Positions 28,301-42,100 of a stretch of DNA of 64,000 bases are shown piece after piece. A program made the translations under genes and the position numbers. The first letter of the stretch is position 1. Every line of letters begins with the position of its first letter. This stretch comes from the human T2T-CHM13v2.0 reference genome, Homo sapiens, in the NCBI RefSeq assembly GCF_009914755.1, contig NC_060943.1, one strand, 5' to 3'. The notes beneath the pieces are model-generated. The model was not told where the DNA came from and did not search any database. It worked only from the letters and a program-made list of their open reading frames with translations.

Positions 28301-29420
28301 GACTTGAAACACTCTTTTTGTGGAATTTGCAAGTGGAGATTTCAGCCGCTTTGAGTTCAATGGTAGAATAGGAAATATCTTCCTATAGAAACTAGACAGA
28401 ATGATTCTCAGAAACTCCTTTGTGATGTGTGCGTTCACCTCACAGAGTTCAACCTTTCTTTTCATAGAGCAGTTGGGAAACACTCTGTTTGTAAAGTCTG
28501 CAAGTGGATATTCAGACTTCTTTGAGGCCTTCGTTGGAAGCGGGATTTCTTCATATTCTGCTAGACAGAAGAATTCTCAGTAACTGCCTTGTGTTGTGTG
28601 TATTCAACTCACAGAGTTGAACGATCCTTTACACAGAGCAGACTTGAAACACTCTTTTTGTGGAATTTGCAAGTGGAGATTTCAGCCGCTTTGAGGTCAA
28701 TGGTAGAATAGGAAATATCTTCCTATAGAAACTAGACAGAATGATTCTCAGAAACTCCTTTGTGATGTGTGCATTCAACTCACAGAGTTTAACCTTTCTT
28801 TTCATAGAGCAGTTAGGAAACACTCTGTTTGTAAAGTCTGCAAGTGGATATTCAGACCTCCTTGAGGCCTTCGTTGGAAACGGGATTTCTTCATATTATG
28901 CTAGACAGAAGAATTCTCAGTAACTTCCTTGTGTTGTGTGTATTCAACTCACAGAGTTGAACGATCCTTTACACAGAGCAGACTTGAAACACTCTTTTTG
29001 TGGAATTTGCAAGTGGAGATTTCAGCCGCTTTGAGGTCAATGGTAGAATAGGAAATATCTTCCTATAGAAACTAGACAGAATGATTCTCAGAAACTCCTT
29101 TGTGATGTGTGCGTTCAACTCACAGAGTTCAACCTTTCTTTTCATAGAGCAGTTGGGAAACACTCTGTTTGTAAAGTCTGCAAGTGGATATTCAGACTTC
29201 TTTGAGGCCTTCGTTGGAAGCGGGATTTCTTCATATTCTGCTAGACAGAAGAATTCTCAGTAACTGCCTTGTGTTGTGTTTATTCAACTCACAGAGTTAA
29301 ACGATCCTTTACACAGAGCAGACTTGAAACACTCTTTTTGTGGAATTTGCAAGTGGAGATTTCAGCCGCTTTGAGGTCAATGGTAGAATAGGAAATATCT
29401 TCCTATAGAAACTAGACAGA
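25341..29420 (+). repeat. 6-dimer (2040 bp) tandem duplication, 2 copies; a third copy lies at about 33161-35200
   Basis: Order I, L(CACACAG), L(AAAGTAGA), F(TTCACCT), L, F repeats at offset 2040 (25681/27721, 26361/28401) and again at 33501/34181. Confidence 0.8.
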
Positions 29421-29760
29421 ATGATTCTCAGAAACTCCTTTGTGATGCGTGCGTTCAACTCACAGAGTTTAACCTTTCTTTTCATAGAGCAGTTAGGAAA
29501 CACTCTGTTTGTAAAGTCTGCAAGTGGATATTCAGACATCCTTGAGGCTTTCGTTGGAAACGGGATTTCTTCATATTCTGCTAGAAAGAAGAATTCTCAG
29601 TAACTTCCTTGTGTTGTGTGTATTCAACTCACAGAGTTGAACGATCCTTTACACAGAGCAGACTTGAAACACTCTTTTTGTGGAATTTGCAAGTGGAGAT
29701 TTCAGCCGCTTTGAGGTCAATGGTAGAATAGGAAATATCTTCCTATAGAAACTAGACAGA

Positions 29761-32700
29761 ATGATTCTCAGAAACTCCTTTGTGATGTGTGCGTTCAACT
29801 CACAGAGTTTAACCTTTCTTTTCATAGAGCAGTTGGGAAACACTCTGTTTGTAAAGTCTGCAAGTGGATATTCAGACATCCTTGAGGCTTTCGTTGGAAA
29901 CGGGATTTCTTCATATTCTGCTAGAAAGAAGAATTCTCACTAACTTCCTTGTGTTGTGTGTATTCAACTCACCGAGTTGAACGATCCTTTACACAGAGCA
30001 GACTTGAAACACTCTTTTTGTGGAATTTGCAAGTGGAGATTTCAGCCGCTTTGAGGTCAATGGTAGAATAGGAAATATCTTCCTATAGAAACTAGACAGA
30101 ATGATTCTCAGAAACTCCTTTGTGATGTGTGCGTTCAACTCACACAGTTTAACCTTTCTTTTCATAGAGCAGTTAGGAAACACTCTGTTTGTAAAGTCTG
30201 CAAGTGGATATTCAGACCTCCTTGAGGCCTTCGTTGGAAACGGGATTTCTTCATATTATGCTAGACAGAAGAATTCTCAGGAACTTCCTTGTGTTGTGTG
30301 TATTCAACTCACAGAGTTGAACGATCCTTTACACAGAGCAGACTTGAAACACTCTTTTTGTGGAATTTGCAAGTGGAGATTTCAGCCGCTTTGAGTTCAA
30401 TGGTAGAATAGGAAATATCTTCCTATAGAAAGTACACAGAATGATTCTCAGAAACTGCTTTGTGATGTGTGCGTTCAACTCACAGAGTTCAACCTTTCTT
30501 TTCATAGAGCAGTTGGGAAACACTCTGTTTGTAAAGTCTGCAAGTGGATATTCAGACATCCTTGAGGCTTTCGTTGGAAACGGGATTTCTTCATATTCTG
30601 CCAGAAAGAAGAATTCTCAGTAACTTCCTTGTGTTGTGTGTATTCAACTCACAGAGTTGAACGATCCTTTACACAGAGCAGACTTGAAACACTCTTTTTG
30701 TGGAATTTGCAAGTGGAGATTTCAGCCGCTTTGAGGTCAATGGTAGAATAGGAAATATCTTCCTATAGAAACTAGACAGAATGATTCTCAGAAACTCCTT
30801 TGTGATGTGTGCGTTCAACTCACAGAGTTTAACCATTCTTTTCATAGAGCAGTTAGGAAACACTCTGTTTGTAAAGTCTGCAAGTGGATATTCAGACATC
30901 CATGAGGCTTTCGTTGGAAACGGGATTTCTTCATATTCTGCTAGAAAGAAGAATTCTCAGTAACTTCCTTGTGTTGTGTGTATTCAACTCACAGAGTTGA
31001 ACGATCCTTTACACAGAGCAGACTTGAAACACTCTTTTTGTGGAATTTGCAAGTGGAGATTTCAGCCGCTTTGAGGTCAATGGTAGAATAGGAAATATCT
31101 TCCTATAGAAACTAGACAGAATGATTCTCAGAAACTCCTTTGTGATGTGTGCGTTCAACTCACAGAGTTTAACCTTTCTTTTCATAGAGCAGTTGGGAAA
31201 CACTCTGTTTGTAAAGTCTGCAAGTGGATATTCAGACATCCTTGAGGCTTTCGTTGGAAACGGGATTTCTTCATATTCTGCTAGAAAGAAGAATTCTCAG
31301 TAACTTCCTTGTGTTGTGTGTATTCAACTCACAGAGTTGAACGATCCTTTACACAGAGCAGACTTGAAACACTCTTTTTGTGGAATTTGCAAGTGGAGAT
31401 TTCAGCCGCTTTGAGGTCAATGGTAGAATAGGAAATATCTTCCTATAGAAACTAGACAGAATGATTCTCAGAAACTCCTTTGTGATGTGTGCGTTCAACT
31501 CACAGAGTTTAACCTTTCTTTTCATAGAGCAGTTGGGAAACACTCTGTTTGTAAAGTCTGCAAGTGGATATTCAGACATCCTTGAGGCTTTCGTTGGAAA
31601 CGGGATTTCTTCATATTCTGCTAGAAAGAAGAATTCTCAGTAACTTCCTTGTGTTGTGTGTATTCAACTCACCGAGTTGAACGATCCTTTACACAGAGCA
31701 GACTTGAAACACTCTTTTTGTGGAATTTGCAAGTGGAGATTTCAGCCGCTTTGAGGTCAATGGTAGAATAGGAAATATCTTCCTATAGAAACTAGACAGA
31801 ATGATTCTCAGAAACTCCTTTGTGATGTGTGCGTTCAACTCACACAGTTTAACCTTTCTTTTCATAGAGCAGTTAGGAAACACTCTGTTTGTAAAGTCTG
31901 CAAGTGGATATTCAGACCTCCTTGAGGCCTTCGTTGGAAACGGGATTTCTTCATATTATGCTAGACAGAAGAATTCTCAGGAACTTCCTTGTGTTGTGTG
32001 TATTCAACTCACAGAGTTGAACGATCCTTTACACAGAGCAGACTTGAAACACTCTTTTTGTGGAATTTGCAAGTGGAGATTTCAGCCGCTTTGAGTTCAA
32101 TGGTAGAATAGGAAATATCTTCCTATAGAAAGTACACAGAATGATTCTCAGAAACTGCTTTGTGATGTGTGCGTTCAACTCACAGAGTTCAACCTTTCTT
32201 TTCATAGAGCAGTTGGGAAACACTCTGTTTGTAAAGTCTGCAAGTGGATATTCAGACATCCTTGAGGCTTTCGTTGGAAACGGGATTTCTTCATATTCTG
32301 CCAGAAAGAAGAATTCTCAGTAACTTCCTTGTGTTGTGTGTATTCAACTCACAGAGTTGAACGATCCTTTACACAGAGCAGACTTGAAACACTCTTTTTG
32401 TGGAATTTGCAAGTGGAGATTTCAGCCGCTTTGAGGTCAATGGTAGAATAGGAAATATCTTCCTATAGAAACTAGACAGAATGATTCTCAGAAACTCCTT
32501 TGTGATGTGTGCGTTCAACTCACAGAGTTTAACCATTCTTTTCATAGAGCAGTTAGGAAACACTCTGTTTGTAAAGTCTGCAAGTGGATATTCAGACATC
32601 CTTGAGGCTTTCGTTGGAAACGGGATTTCTTCATATTCTGCTAGAAAGAAGAATTCTCAGTAACTTCCTTGTGTTGTGTGTATTCAACTCACAGAGTTGA

Positions 32701-33160
32701 ACGATCCTTTACACAGAGCAGACTTGAAACACTCTTTTTGTGGAATTTGCAAGTGGAGATTTCAGCCGCTTTGAGGTCAATGGTAGAATAGGAAATATCT
32801 TCCTATAGAAACTAGACAGAATGATTCTCAGAAACTCCTTTGTGATGTGTGCGTTCAACTCACAGAGTTTAACCTTTCTTTTCATAGAGCAGTTGGGAAA
32901 CACTCTGTTTGTAAAGTCTGCAAGTGGATATTCAGATATCCTTGAGGCTTTCGTTGGAAACGGGATTTCTTCATATTCTGCTAGAAAGAAGAATTCTCAG
33001 TAACTTCCTTGTGTTGTGTGTATTCAACTCACAGAGTTGAACGATCCTTTACACAGAGCAGACTTGAAACACTCTTTTTGTGGAATTTGCAAGTGGAGAT
33101 TTCAGCCGCTTTGAGGTCAATGGTAGAATAGGAAATATCTTCCTATAGAAACTAGACAGA
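29761..33160 (+). repeat. 5-dimer (1700 bp) tandem duplication, 2 copies
   Basis: The same recombinant dimer occurs at 30441 and 32141, the CAGGAACT dimer at 30101 and 31801, and the AACCATT dimer at 30781 and 32481. Confidence 0.8.
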
Positions 33161-36100
33161 ATGATTCTCAGAAACTCCTTTGTGATGTGTGCGTTCAACT
33201 CACAGAGTTTAACCTTTCTTTTCATAGAGCAGTTGGGAAACACTCTGTTTGTAAAGTCTGCAAGTGGATATTCAGACATCCTTGAGGCTTTCGTTGGAAA
33301 CGGGATTTCTTCATATTCTGCTAGAAAGAAGAATTCTCAGTAACTTCCTTGTGTTGTGTGTATTCAACTCACAGAGTTGAACGATCCTTTACACAGAGCA
33401 GACTTGAAACACTCTTTTTGTGGAATTTGCAAGTGGAGATTTCAGCCGCTTTGAGGTCAATGGTAGAATAGGAAATATCTTCCTATAGAAACTAGACAGA
33501 ATGATTCTCAGAAACTCCTTTGTGATGTGTGCGTTCAACTCACACAGTTTAACCTTTCTTTTCATAGAGCAGTTAGGAAACACTCTGTTTGTAAAGTCTG
33601 CAAGTGGATATTCAGACCTCCTTGAGGCCTTCGTTGGAAACGGGATTTCTTCATATTATGCTAGACAGAAGAATTCTCAGTAACTTCCTTGTGTTGTGTG
33701 TATTCAACTCACAGAGTTGAACGATCCTTTACACAGAGCAGACTTGAAACACTCCTTTTGTGGAATTTGCAAGTGGAGATTTCAGCCGCTTTGAGGTCAA
33801 TGGTAGAATAGGAAATATCTTCCTATAGAAAGTAGACAGAATGATTCTCAGAAACTCCTTTGTGATGTGTGCGTTCAACTCACAGAGTTTAACCTTTCTT
33901 TTCATAGAGCAGTTAGGAAACACTCTGTTTGTAAAGTCTGCAAGTGGATATTCAGACCTCCTTGAGGCCTTCGTTGGAAACGGGATTTCTTCATATTATG
34001 CTAGACAGAAGAATTCTCAGTAACTTCCTTGTGTTGTGTGTATTCAACTCACAGAGTTGAACGATCCTTTACACAGAGCAGACTTGAAACACTCTTTTTG
34101 TGGAATTTGCAAGTGGAGATTTCAGCCGCTTTGAGTTCAATGGTAGAATAGGAAATATCTTCCTATAGAAACTAGACAGAATGATTCTCAGAAACTCCTT
34201 TGTGATGTGTGCGTTCACCTCACAGAGTTCAACCTTTCTTTTCATAGAGCAGTTGGGAAACACTCTGTTTGTAAAGTCTGCAAGTGGATATTCAGACTTC
34301 TTTGAGGCCTTCGTTGGAAGCGGGATTTCTTCATATTCTGCTAGACAGAAGAATTCTCAGTAACTGCCTTGTGTTGTGTGTATTCAACTCACAGAGTTGA
34401 ACGATCCTTTACACAGAGCAGACTTGAAACACTCTTTTTGTGGAATTTGCAAGTGGAGATTTCAGCCGCTTTGAGGTCAATGGTAGAATAGGAAATATCT
34501 TCCTATAGAAACTAGACAGAATGATTCTCAGAAACTCCTTTGTGATGTGTGCGTTCAACTCACAGAGTTTAACCTTTCTTTTCATAGAGCAGTTAGGAAA
34601 CACTCTGTTTGTAAAGTCTGCAAGTGGATATTCAGACCTCCTTGAGGCCTTCGTTGGAAACGGGATTTCTTCATATTATGCTAGACAGAAGAATTCTCAG
34701 TAACTTCCTTGTGTTGTGTGTATTCAACTCACAGAGTTGAACGATCCTTTACACAGAGCAGACTTGAAACACTCTTTTTGTGGAATTTGCAAGTGGAGAT
34801 TTCAGCCGCTTTGAGGTCAATGGTAGAATAGGAAATATCTTCCTATAGAAACTAGACAGAATGATTCTCAGAAACTCCTTTGTGATGTGTGCGTTCAACT
34901 CACAGAGTTCAACCTTTCTTTTCATAGAGCAGTTGGGAAACACTCTGTTTGTAAAGTCTGCAAGTGGATATTCAGACTTCTTTGAGGCCTTCGTTGGAAG
35001 CGGGATTTCTTCATATTCTGCTAGACAGAAGAATTCTCAGTAACTGCCTTGTGTTGTGTTTATTCAACTCACAGAGTTAAACGATCCTTTACACAGAGCA
35101 GACTTGAAACACTCTTTTTGTGGAATTTGCAAGTGGAGATTTCAGCCGCTTTGAGGTCAATGGTAGAATAGGAAATATCTTCCTATAGAAACTAGACAGA
35201 ATGATTCTCAGAAACTCCTTTGTGATGCGTGCGTTCAACTCACAGAGTTTAACCTTTCTTTTCATAGAGCAGTTAGGAAACACTCTGTTTGTAAAGTCTG
35301 CAAGTGGATATTCAGACATCCTTGAGGCTTTCGTTGGAAACGGGATTTCTTCATATTCTGCTAGAAAGAAGAATTCTCAGTAACTTCCTTGTGTTGTGTG
35401 TATTCAACTCACAGAGTTGAACGATCCTTTACACAGAGCAGACTTGAAACACTCTTTTTGTGGAATTTGCAAGTGGAGATTTCAGCCGCTTTGAGGTCAA
35501 TGGTAGAATAGGAAATATCTTCCTATAGAAACTAGACAGAATGATTCTCAGAAACTCCTTTGTGATGTGTGCGTTCAACTCACAGAGTTTAACCTTTCTT
35601 TTCATAGAGCAGTTGGGAAACACTCTGTTTGTAAAGTCTGCAAGTGGATATTCAGACATCCTTGAGGCTTTCGTTGGAAACGGGATTTCTTCATATTCTG
35701 CTAGAAAGAAGAATTCTCAGTAACTTCCTTGTGTTGTGTGTATTCAACTCACCGAGTTGAACGATCCTTTACACAGAGCAGACTTGAAACACTCTTTTTG
35801 TGGAATTTGCAAGTGGAGATTTCAGCCGCTTTGAGGTCAATGGTAGAATAGGAAATATCTTCCTATAGAAACTAGACAGAATGATTCTCAGAAACTCCTT
35901 TGTGATGTGTGCGTTCAACTCACACAGTTTAACCTTTCTTTTCATAGAGCAGTTAGGAAACACTCTGTTTGTAAAGTCTGCAAGTGGATATTCAGACCTC
36001 CTTGAGGCCTTCGTTGGAAACGGGATTTCTTCATATTATGCTAGACAGAAGAATTCTCAGTAACTTCCTTGTGTTGTGTGTATTCAACTCACAGAGTTGA

Positions 36101-39100
36101 ACGATCCTTTACACAGAGCAGACTTGAAACACTCCTTTTGTGGAATTTGCAAGTGGAGATTTCAGCCGCTTTGAGGTCAATGGTAGAATAGGAAATATCT
36201 TCCTATAGAAAGTAGACAGAATGATTCTCAGAAACTCCTTTGTGATGTGTGCGTTCAACTCACAGAGTTTAACCTTTCTTTTCATAGAGCAGTTAGGAAA
36301 CACTCTGTTTGTAAAGTCTGCAAGTGGATATTCAGACCTCCTTGAGGCCTTCGTTGGAAACGGGATTTCTTCATATTATGCTAGACAGAAGAATTCTCAG
36401 TAACTTCCTTGTGTTGTGTGTATTCAACTCACAGAGTTGAACGATCCTTTACACAGAGCAGACTTGAAACACTCTTTTTGTGGAATTTGCAAGTGGAGAT
36501 TTCAGCCGCTTTGAGTTCAATGGTAGAATAGGAAATATCTTCCTATAGAAACTAGACAGAATGATTCTCAGAAACTCCTTTGTGATGTGTGCGTTCACCT
36601 CACAGAGTTCAACCTTTCTTTTCATAGAGCAGTTGGGAAACACTCTGTTTGTAAAGTCTGCAAGTGGATATTCAGACTTCTTTGAGGCCTTCGTTGGAAG
36701 CGGGATTTCTTCATATTCTGCTAGACAGAAGAATTCTCAGTAACTGCCTTGTGTTGTGTGTATTCAACTCACAGAGTTGAACGATCCTTTACACAGAGCA
36801 GACTTGAAACACTCTTTTTGTGGAATTTGCAAGTGGAGATTTCAGCCGCTTTGAGGTCAATGGTAGAATAGGAAATATCTTCCTATAGAAACTAGACAGA
36901 ATGATTCTCAGAAACTCCTTTGTGATGTGTGCGTTCAACTCACAGAGTTTAACCTTTCTTTTCATAGAGCAGTTGGGAAACACTCTGTTTGTAAAGTCTG
37001 CAAGTGGATATTCAGACATCCTTGAGGCTTTCGTTGGAAACGGGATTTCTTCATATTCTGCTAGAAAGAAGAATTCTCAGTAACTTCCTTGTGTTGTGTG
37101 TATTCAACTCACCGAGTTGAACGATCCTTTACACAGAGCAGACTTGAAACACTCTTTTTGTGGAATTTGCAAGTGGAGATTTCAGCCGCTTTGAGGTCAA
37201 TGGTAGAATAGGAAATATCTTCCTATAGAAACTAGACAGAATGATTCTCAGAAACTCCTTTGTGATGTGTGCGTTCAACTCACACAGTTTAACCTTTCTT
37301 TTCATAGAGCAGTTAGGAAACACTCTGTTTGTAAAGTCTGCAAGTGGATATTCAGACCTCCTTGAGGCCTTCGTTGGAAACGGGATTTCTTCATATTATG
37401 CTAGACAGAAGAATTCTCAGGAACTTCCTTGTGTTGTGTGTATTCAACTCACAGAGTTGAACGATCCTTTACACAGAGCAGACTTGAAACACTCTTTTTG
37501 TGGAATTTGCAAGTGGAGATTTCAGCCGCTTTGAGTTCAATGGTAGAATAGGAAATATCTTCCTATAGAAAGTACACAGAATGATTCTCAGAAACTGCTT
37601 TGTGATGTGTGCGTTCAACTCACAGAGTTCAACCTTTCTTTTCATAGAGCAGTTGGGAAACACTCTGTTTGTAAAGTCTGCAAGTGGATATTCAGACTTC
37701 TTTGAGGCCTTCGTTGGAAGCGGGATTTCTTCATATTCTGCTAGACAGAAGAATTCTCAGTAACTTCCTTGTGTTGTGTGTATTCAACTCACAGAGTTGA
37801 ACGATCCTTTACACAGAGCAGACTTGAAACACTCTTTTTGTGGAATTTGCAAGTGGAGATTTCAGCCGCTTTGAGGTCAATGGTAGAGTAGGAAATATCT
37901 TCCTATAGAAACTAGACAGAATGATTCTCAGAAACTCCTTTGTGATGTGTGCGTTCAACTCACAGAGTTTAACCTTTCTTTTCATAGAGCAGTTGGGAAA
38001 CACTCTGTTTGTAAAGTCTGCAAGTGGATATTCAGACATCCTTGAGGCTTTCGTTGGAAACGGGATTTCTTCATATTCTGCTAGAAAGAAGAATTCTCAG
38101 TAACTTCCTTGTGTTGTGTGTATTCAACTCACAGAGTTGAACGATCCTTTACACAGAGCAGACTTGAAACACTCTTTTTGTGGAATTTGCAAGTGGAGAT
38201 TTCAGCCGCTTTGAGTTCAATGGTAGAATAGGAAATATCTTCCTATAGAAACTAGACAGAATGATTCTCAGAAACTCCTTTGTGATGTGTGCGTTCAACT
38301 CACAGAGTTCAACCTTTCTTTTCATAGAGCAGTTGGGAAACACTCTGTTTGTAAAGTCTGCAAGTGGATATTCAGACTTCTTTGAGGCCTTCGTTGGAAG
38401 CGGGATTTCTTCATATTCTGCTAGACAGAAGAATTCTCAGTAACTGCCTTGTGTTGTGTGTATTCAACTCACAGAGTTGAACGATCCTTTACACAGAGCA
38501 GACTTGAAACACTCTTTTTGTGGAATTTGCAAGTGGAGATTTCAGCCGCTTTGAGGTCAATGGTAGAATAGGAAATATCTTCCTATAGAAACTAGACAGA
38601 ATGATTCTCAGAAACTCCTTTGTGATGTGTGCGTTCAACTCACAGAGTTTAACCTTTCTTTTCATAGAGCAGTTAGGAAACACTCTGTTTGTAAAGTCTG
38701 CAAGTGGATATTCAGACCTCCTTGAGGCCTTCGTTGGAAACGGGATTTCTTCATATTATGCTAGACAGAAGAATTCTCAGTAACTTCCTTGTGTTGTGTG
38801 TATTCAACTCACAGAGTTGAACGATCCTTTACACAGAGCAGACTTGAAACACTCTTTTTGTGGAATTTGCAAGTGGAGATTTCAGCCGCTTTGAGGTCAA
38901 TGGTAGAATAGGAAATATCTTCCTATAGAAACTAGACAGAATGATTCTCAGAAACTCCTTTGTGATGTGTGCGTTCAACTCACAGAGTTCAACCTTTCTT
39001 TTCATAGAGCAGTTGGGAAACACTCTGTTTGTAAAGTCTGCAAGTGGATATTCAGACATCCTTGAGGCTTTCGTTGGAAACGGGATTTCTTCATATTCTG

Positions 39101-42100
39101 CTAGAAAGAAGAATTCTCAGTAACTTCCTTGTGTTGTGTGTATTCAACTCACAGAGTTGAACGATCCTTTACACAGAGCAGACTTGAAACACTCTTTTTG
39201 TGGAATTTGCAAGTGGAGATTTCAGCCGCTTTGAGGTCAATGGTAGAATAGGAAATATCTTCCTATAGAAACTAGACAGAATGATTCTCAGAAACTCCTT
39301 TGTGATGTGTGCGTTCAACTCACAGAGTTTAACCTTTCTTTTCATAGAGCAGTTGGGAAACACTCTGTTTGTAAAGTCTGCAAGTGGATATTCAGACATC
39401 CTTGAGGCTTTCGTTGGAAACGGGATTTCTTCATATTCTGCTAGAAAGAAGAATTCTCAGTAACTTCCTTGTGTTGTGTGTATTCAACTCACAGAGTTGA
39501 ACGATCCTTTACACAGAGCAGACTTGAAACACTCTTTTTGTGGAATTTGCAAGTGGAGATTTCAGCCGCTTTGAGGTCAATGGTAGAATAGGAAATATCT
39601 TCCTATAGAAACTAGACAGAATGATTCTCAGAAACTCCTTTGTGATGTGTGCGTTCAACTCACAGAGTTTAACCTTTCTTTTCATAGAGCAGTTGGGAAA
39701 CACTCTGTTTGTAAAGTCTGCAAGTGGATATTCAGACATCCTTGAGGCTTTCGTTGGAAACGGGATTTCTTCATATTCTGCTAGAAAGAAGAATTCTCAG
39801 TAACTTCCTTGTGTTGTGTGTATTCAACTCACAGAGTTGAACGATCCTTTACACAGAGCAGACTTGAAACACTCTTTTTGTGGAATTTGCAAGTGGAGAT
39901 TTCAGCCGCTTTGAGGTCAATGGTAGAATAGGAAATATCTTCCTATAGAAACTAGACAGAATGATTCTCAGAAACTTCTTTGTGATGTGTGCGTTCAACT
40001 CACAGAGTTCAACCTTTCTTTTCATAGAGCAGTTGGGAAACACTCTGTTTGTAACGTCTGCAAGTGGATATTCAGACTTCTTTGAGGCCTTCGTTGGAAG
40101 CGGGATTTCTTCATGTTCTGCTAGACAGAAGAATTCTCAGAAACTTCCTTGTGTTGTGTGTTTTCAACTCACAGAGTTGAACGATCCTTTACACAGAGCA
40201 GACTTGAAACACTCCTTTTGTGGAATTTGCAAGTGGAGATTTCAGCCGCTTTGAGGTCAATGGTAGAATAGGAAATATCTTCCTATAGAAAGTAGACAGA
40301 ATGATTCTCAGAAACTCCTTTGTGATGTGTGCGTTCAACTCACAGAGTTTAACCTTTCTTTTCATAGAGCAGTTAGGAAACACTCTGTTTGTAAAGTCTG
40401 CAAGTGGATATTCAGACCTCCTTGAGGCCTTCGTTGGAAACGGGATTTCTTCATATTATGCTAGACAGAAGAATTCTCAGTAACTTCCTTGTGTTGTGTG
40501 TATTCAACTCACAGAGTTGAACGATCCTTTACACAGAGCAGACTTGAAACACTCTTTTTGTGGAATTTGCAAGTGGAGATTTCAGCCGCTTTGAGTTCAA
40601 TGGTAGAATAGGAAATATCTTCCTATAGAAACTAGACAGAATGATTCTCAGAAACTCCTTTGTGATGTGTGCGTTCACCTCACAGAGTTCAACCTTTCTT
40701 TTCATAGAGCAGTTGGGAAACACTCTGTTTGTAAAGTCTGCAAGTGGATATTCAGACTTCTTTGAGGCCTTCGTTGGAAGCGGGATTTCTTCATATTCTG
40801 CTAGACAGAAGAATTCTCAGTAACTGCCTTGTGTTGTGTGTATTCAACTCACAGAGTTGAACGATCCTTTACACAGAGCAGACTTCAAACACTCTTTTTG
40901 TGGAATTTGCAAGTGGAGATTTCAGCCGCTTTGAGGTCAATGGTAGAATAGGAAATATCTTCCTATAGAAACTAGACAGAATGATTCTCAGAAACTCCTT
41001 TGTGATGTGTGCGTTCAACTCACAGAGTTTAACCTTTCTTTTCATAGAGCAGTTAGGAAACACTCTGTTTGTAAAGTCTGCAAGTGGATATTCAGACCTC
41101 CTTGAGGCCTTCGTTGGAAACGGGATTTCTTCATATTATGCTAGACAGAAGAATTCTCAGTAACTTCCTTGTGTTGTGTGTATTCAACTCACAGAGTTGA
41201 ACGATCCTTTACACAGAGCAGACTTGAAACACTCTTTTTGTGGAATTTGCAAGTGGAGATTTCAGCCGCTTTGAGGTCAATGGTAGAATAGGAAATATCT
41301 TCCTATAGAAACTAGACAGAATGATTCTCAGAAACTCCTTTGTGATGTGTGCGTTCAACTCACAGAGTTCAACCTTTCTTTTCATAGAGCAGTTGGGAAA
41401 CACTCTGTTTGTAAAGTCTGCAAGTGGATATTCAGACATCCTTGAGGCTTTCGTTGGAAACGGGATTTCTTCATATTCTGCTAGAAAGAAGAATTCTCAG
41501 TAACTTCCTTGTGTTGTGTGTATTCAACTCACCGAGTTGAACGATCCTTTACACAGAGCAGACTTGAAACACTCTTTTTGTGGAATTTGCAAGTGGAGAT
41601 TTCAGCCGCTTTGAGGTCAATGGTAGAATAGGAAATATCTTCCTATAGAAACTAGACAGAATGATTCTCAGAAACTCCTTTGTGATGTGTGCGTTCAACT
41701 CACACAGTTTAACCTTTCTTTTCATAGAGCAGTTAGGAAACACTCTGTTTGTAAAGTCTGCAAGTGGATATTCAGACCTCCTTGAGGCCTTCGTTGGAAA
41801 CGGGATTTCTTCATATTATGCTAGACAGAAGAATTCTCAGGAACTTCCTTGTGTTGTGTGTATTCAACTCACAGAGTTGAACGATCCTTTACACAGAGCA
41901 GACTTGAAACACTCTTTTTGTGGAATTTGCAAGTGGAGATTTCAGCCGCTTTGAGTTCAATGGTAGAATAGGAAATATCTTCCTATAGAAAGTACACAGA
42001 ATGATTCTCAGAAACTGCTTTGTGATGTGTGCGTTCAACTCACAGAGTTCAACCTTTCTTTTCATAGAGCAGTTGGGAAACACTCTGTTTGTAAAGTCTG

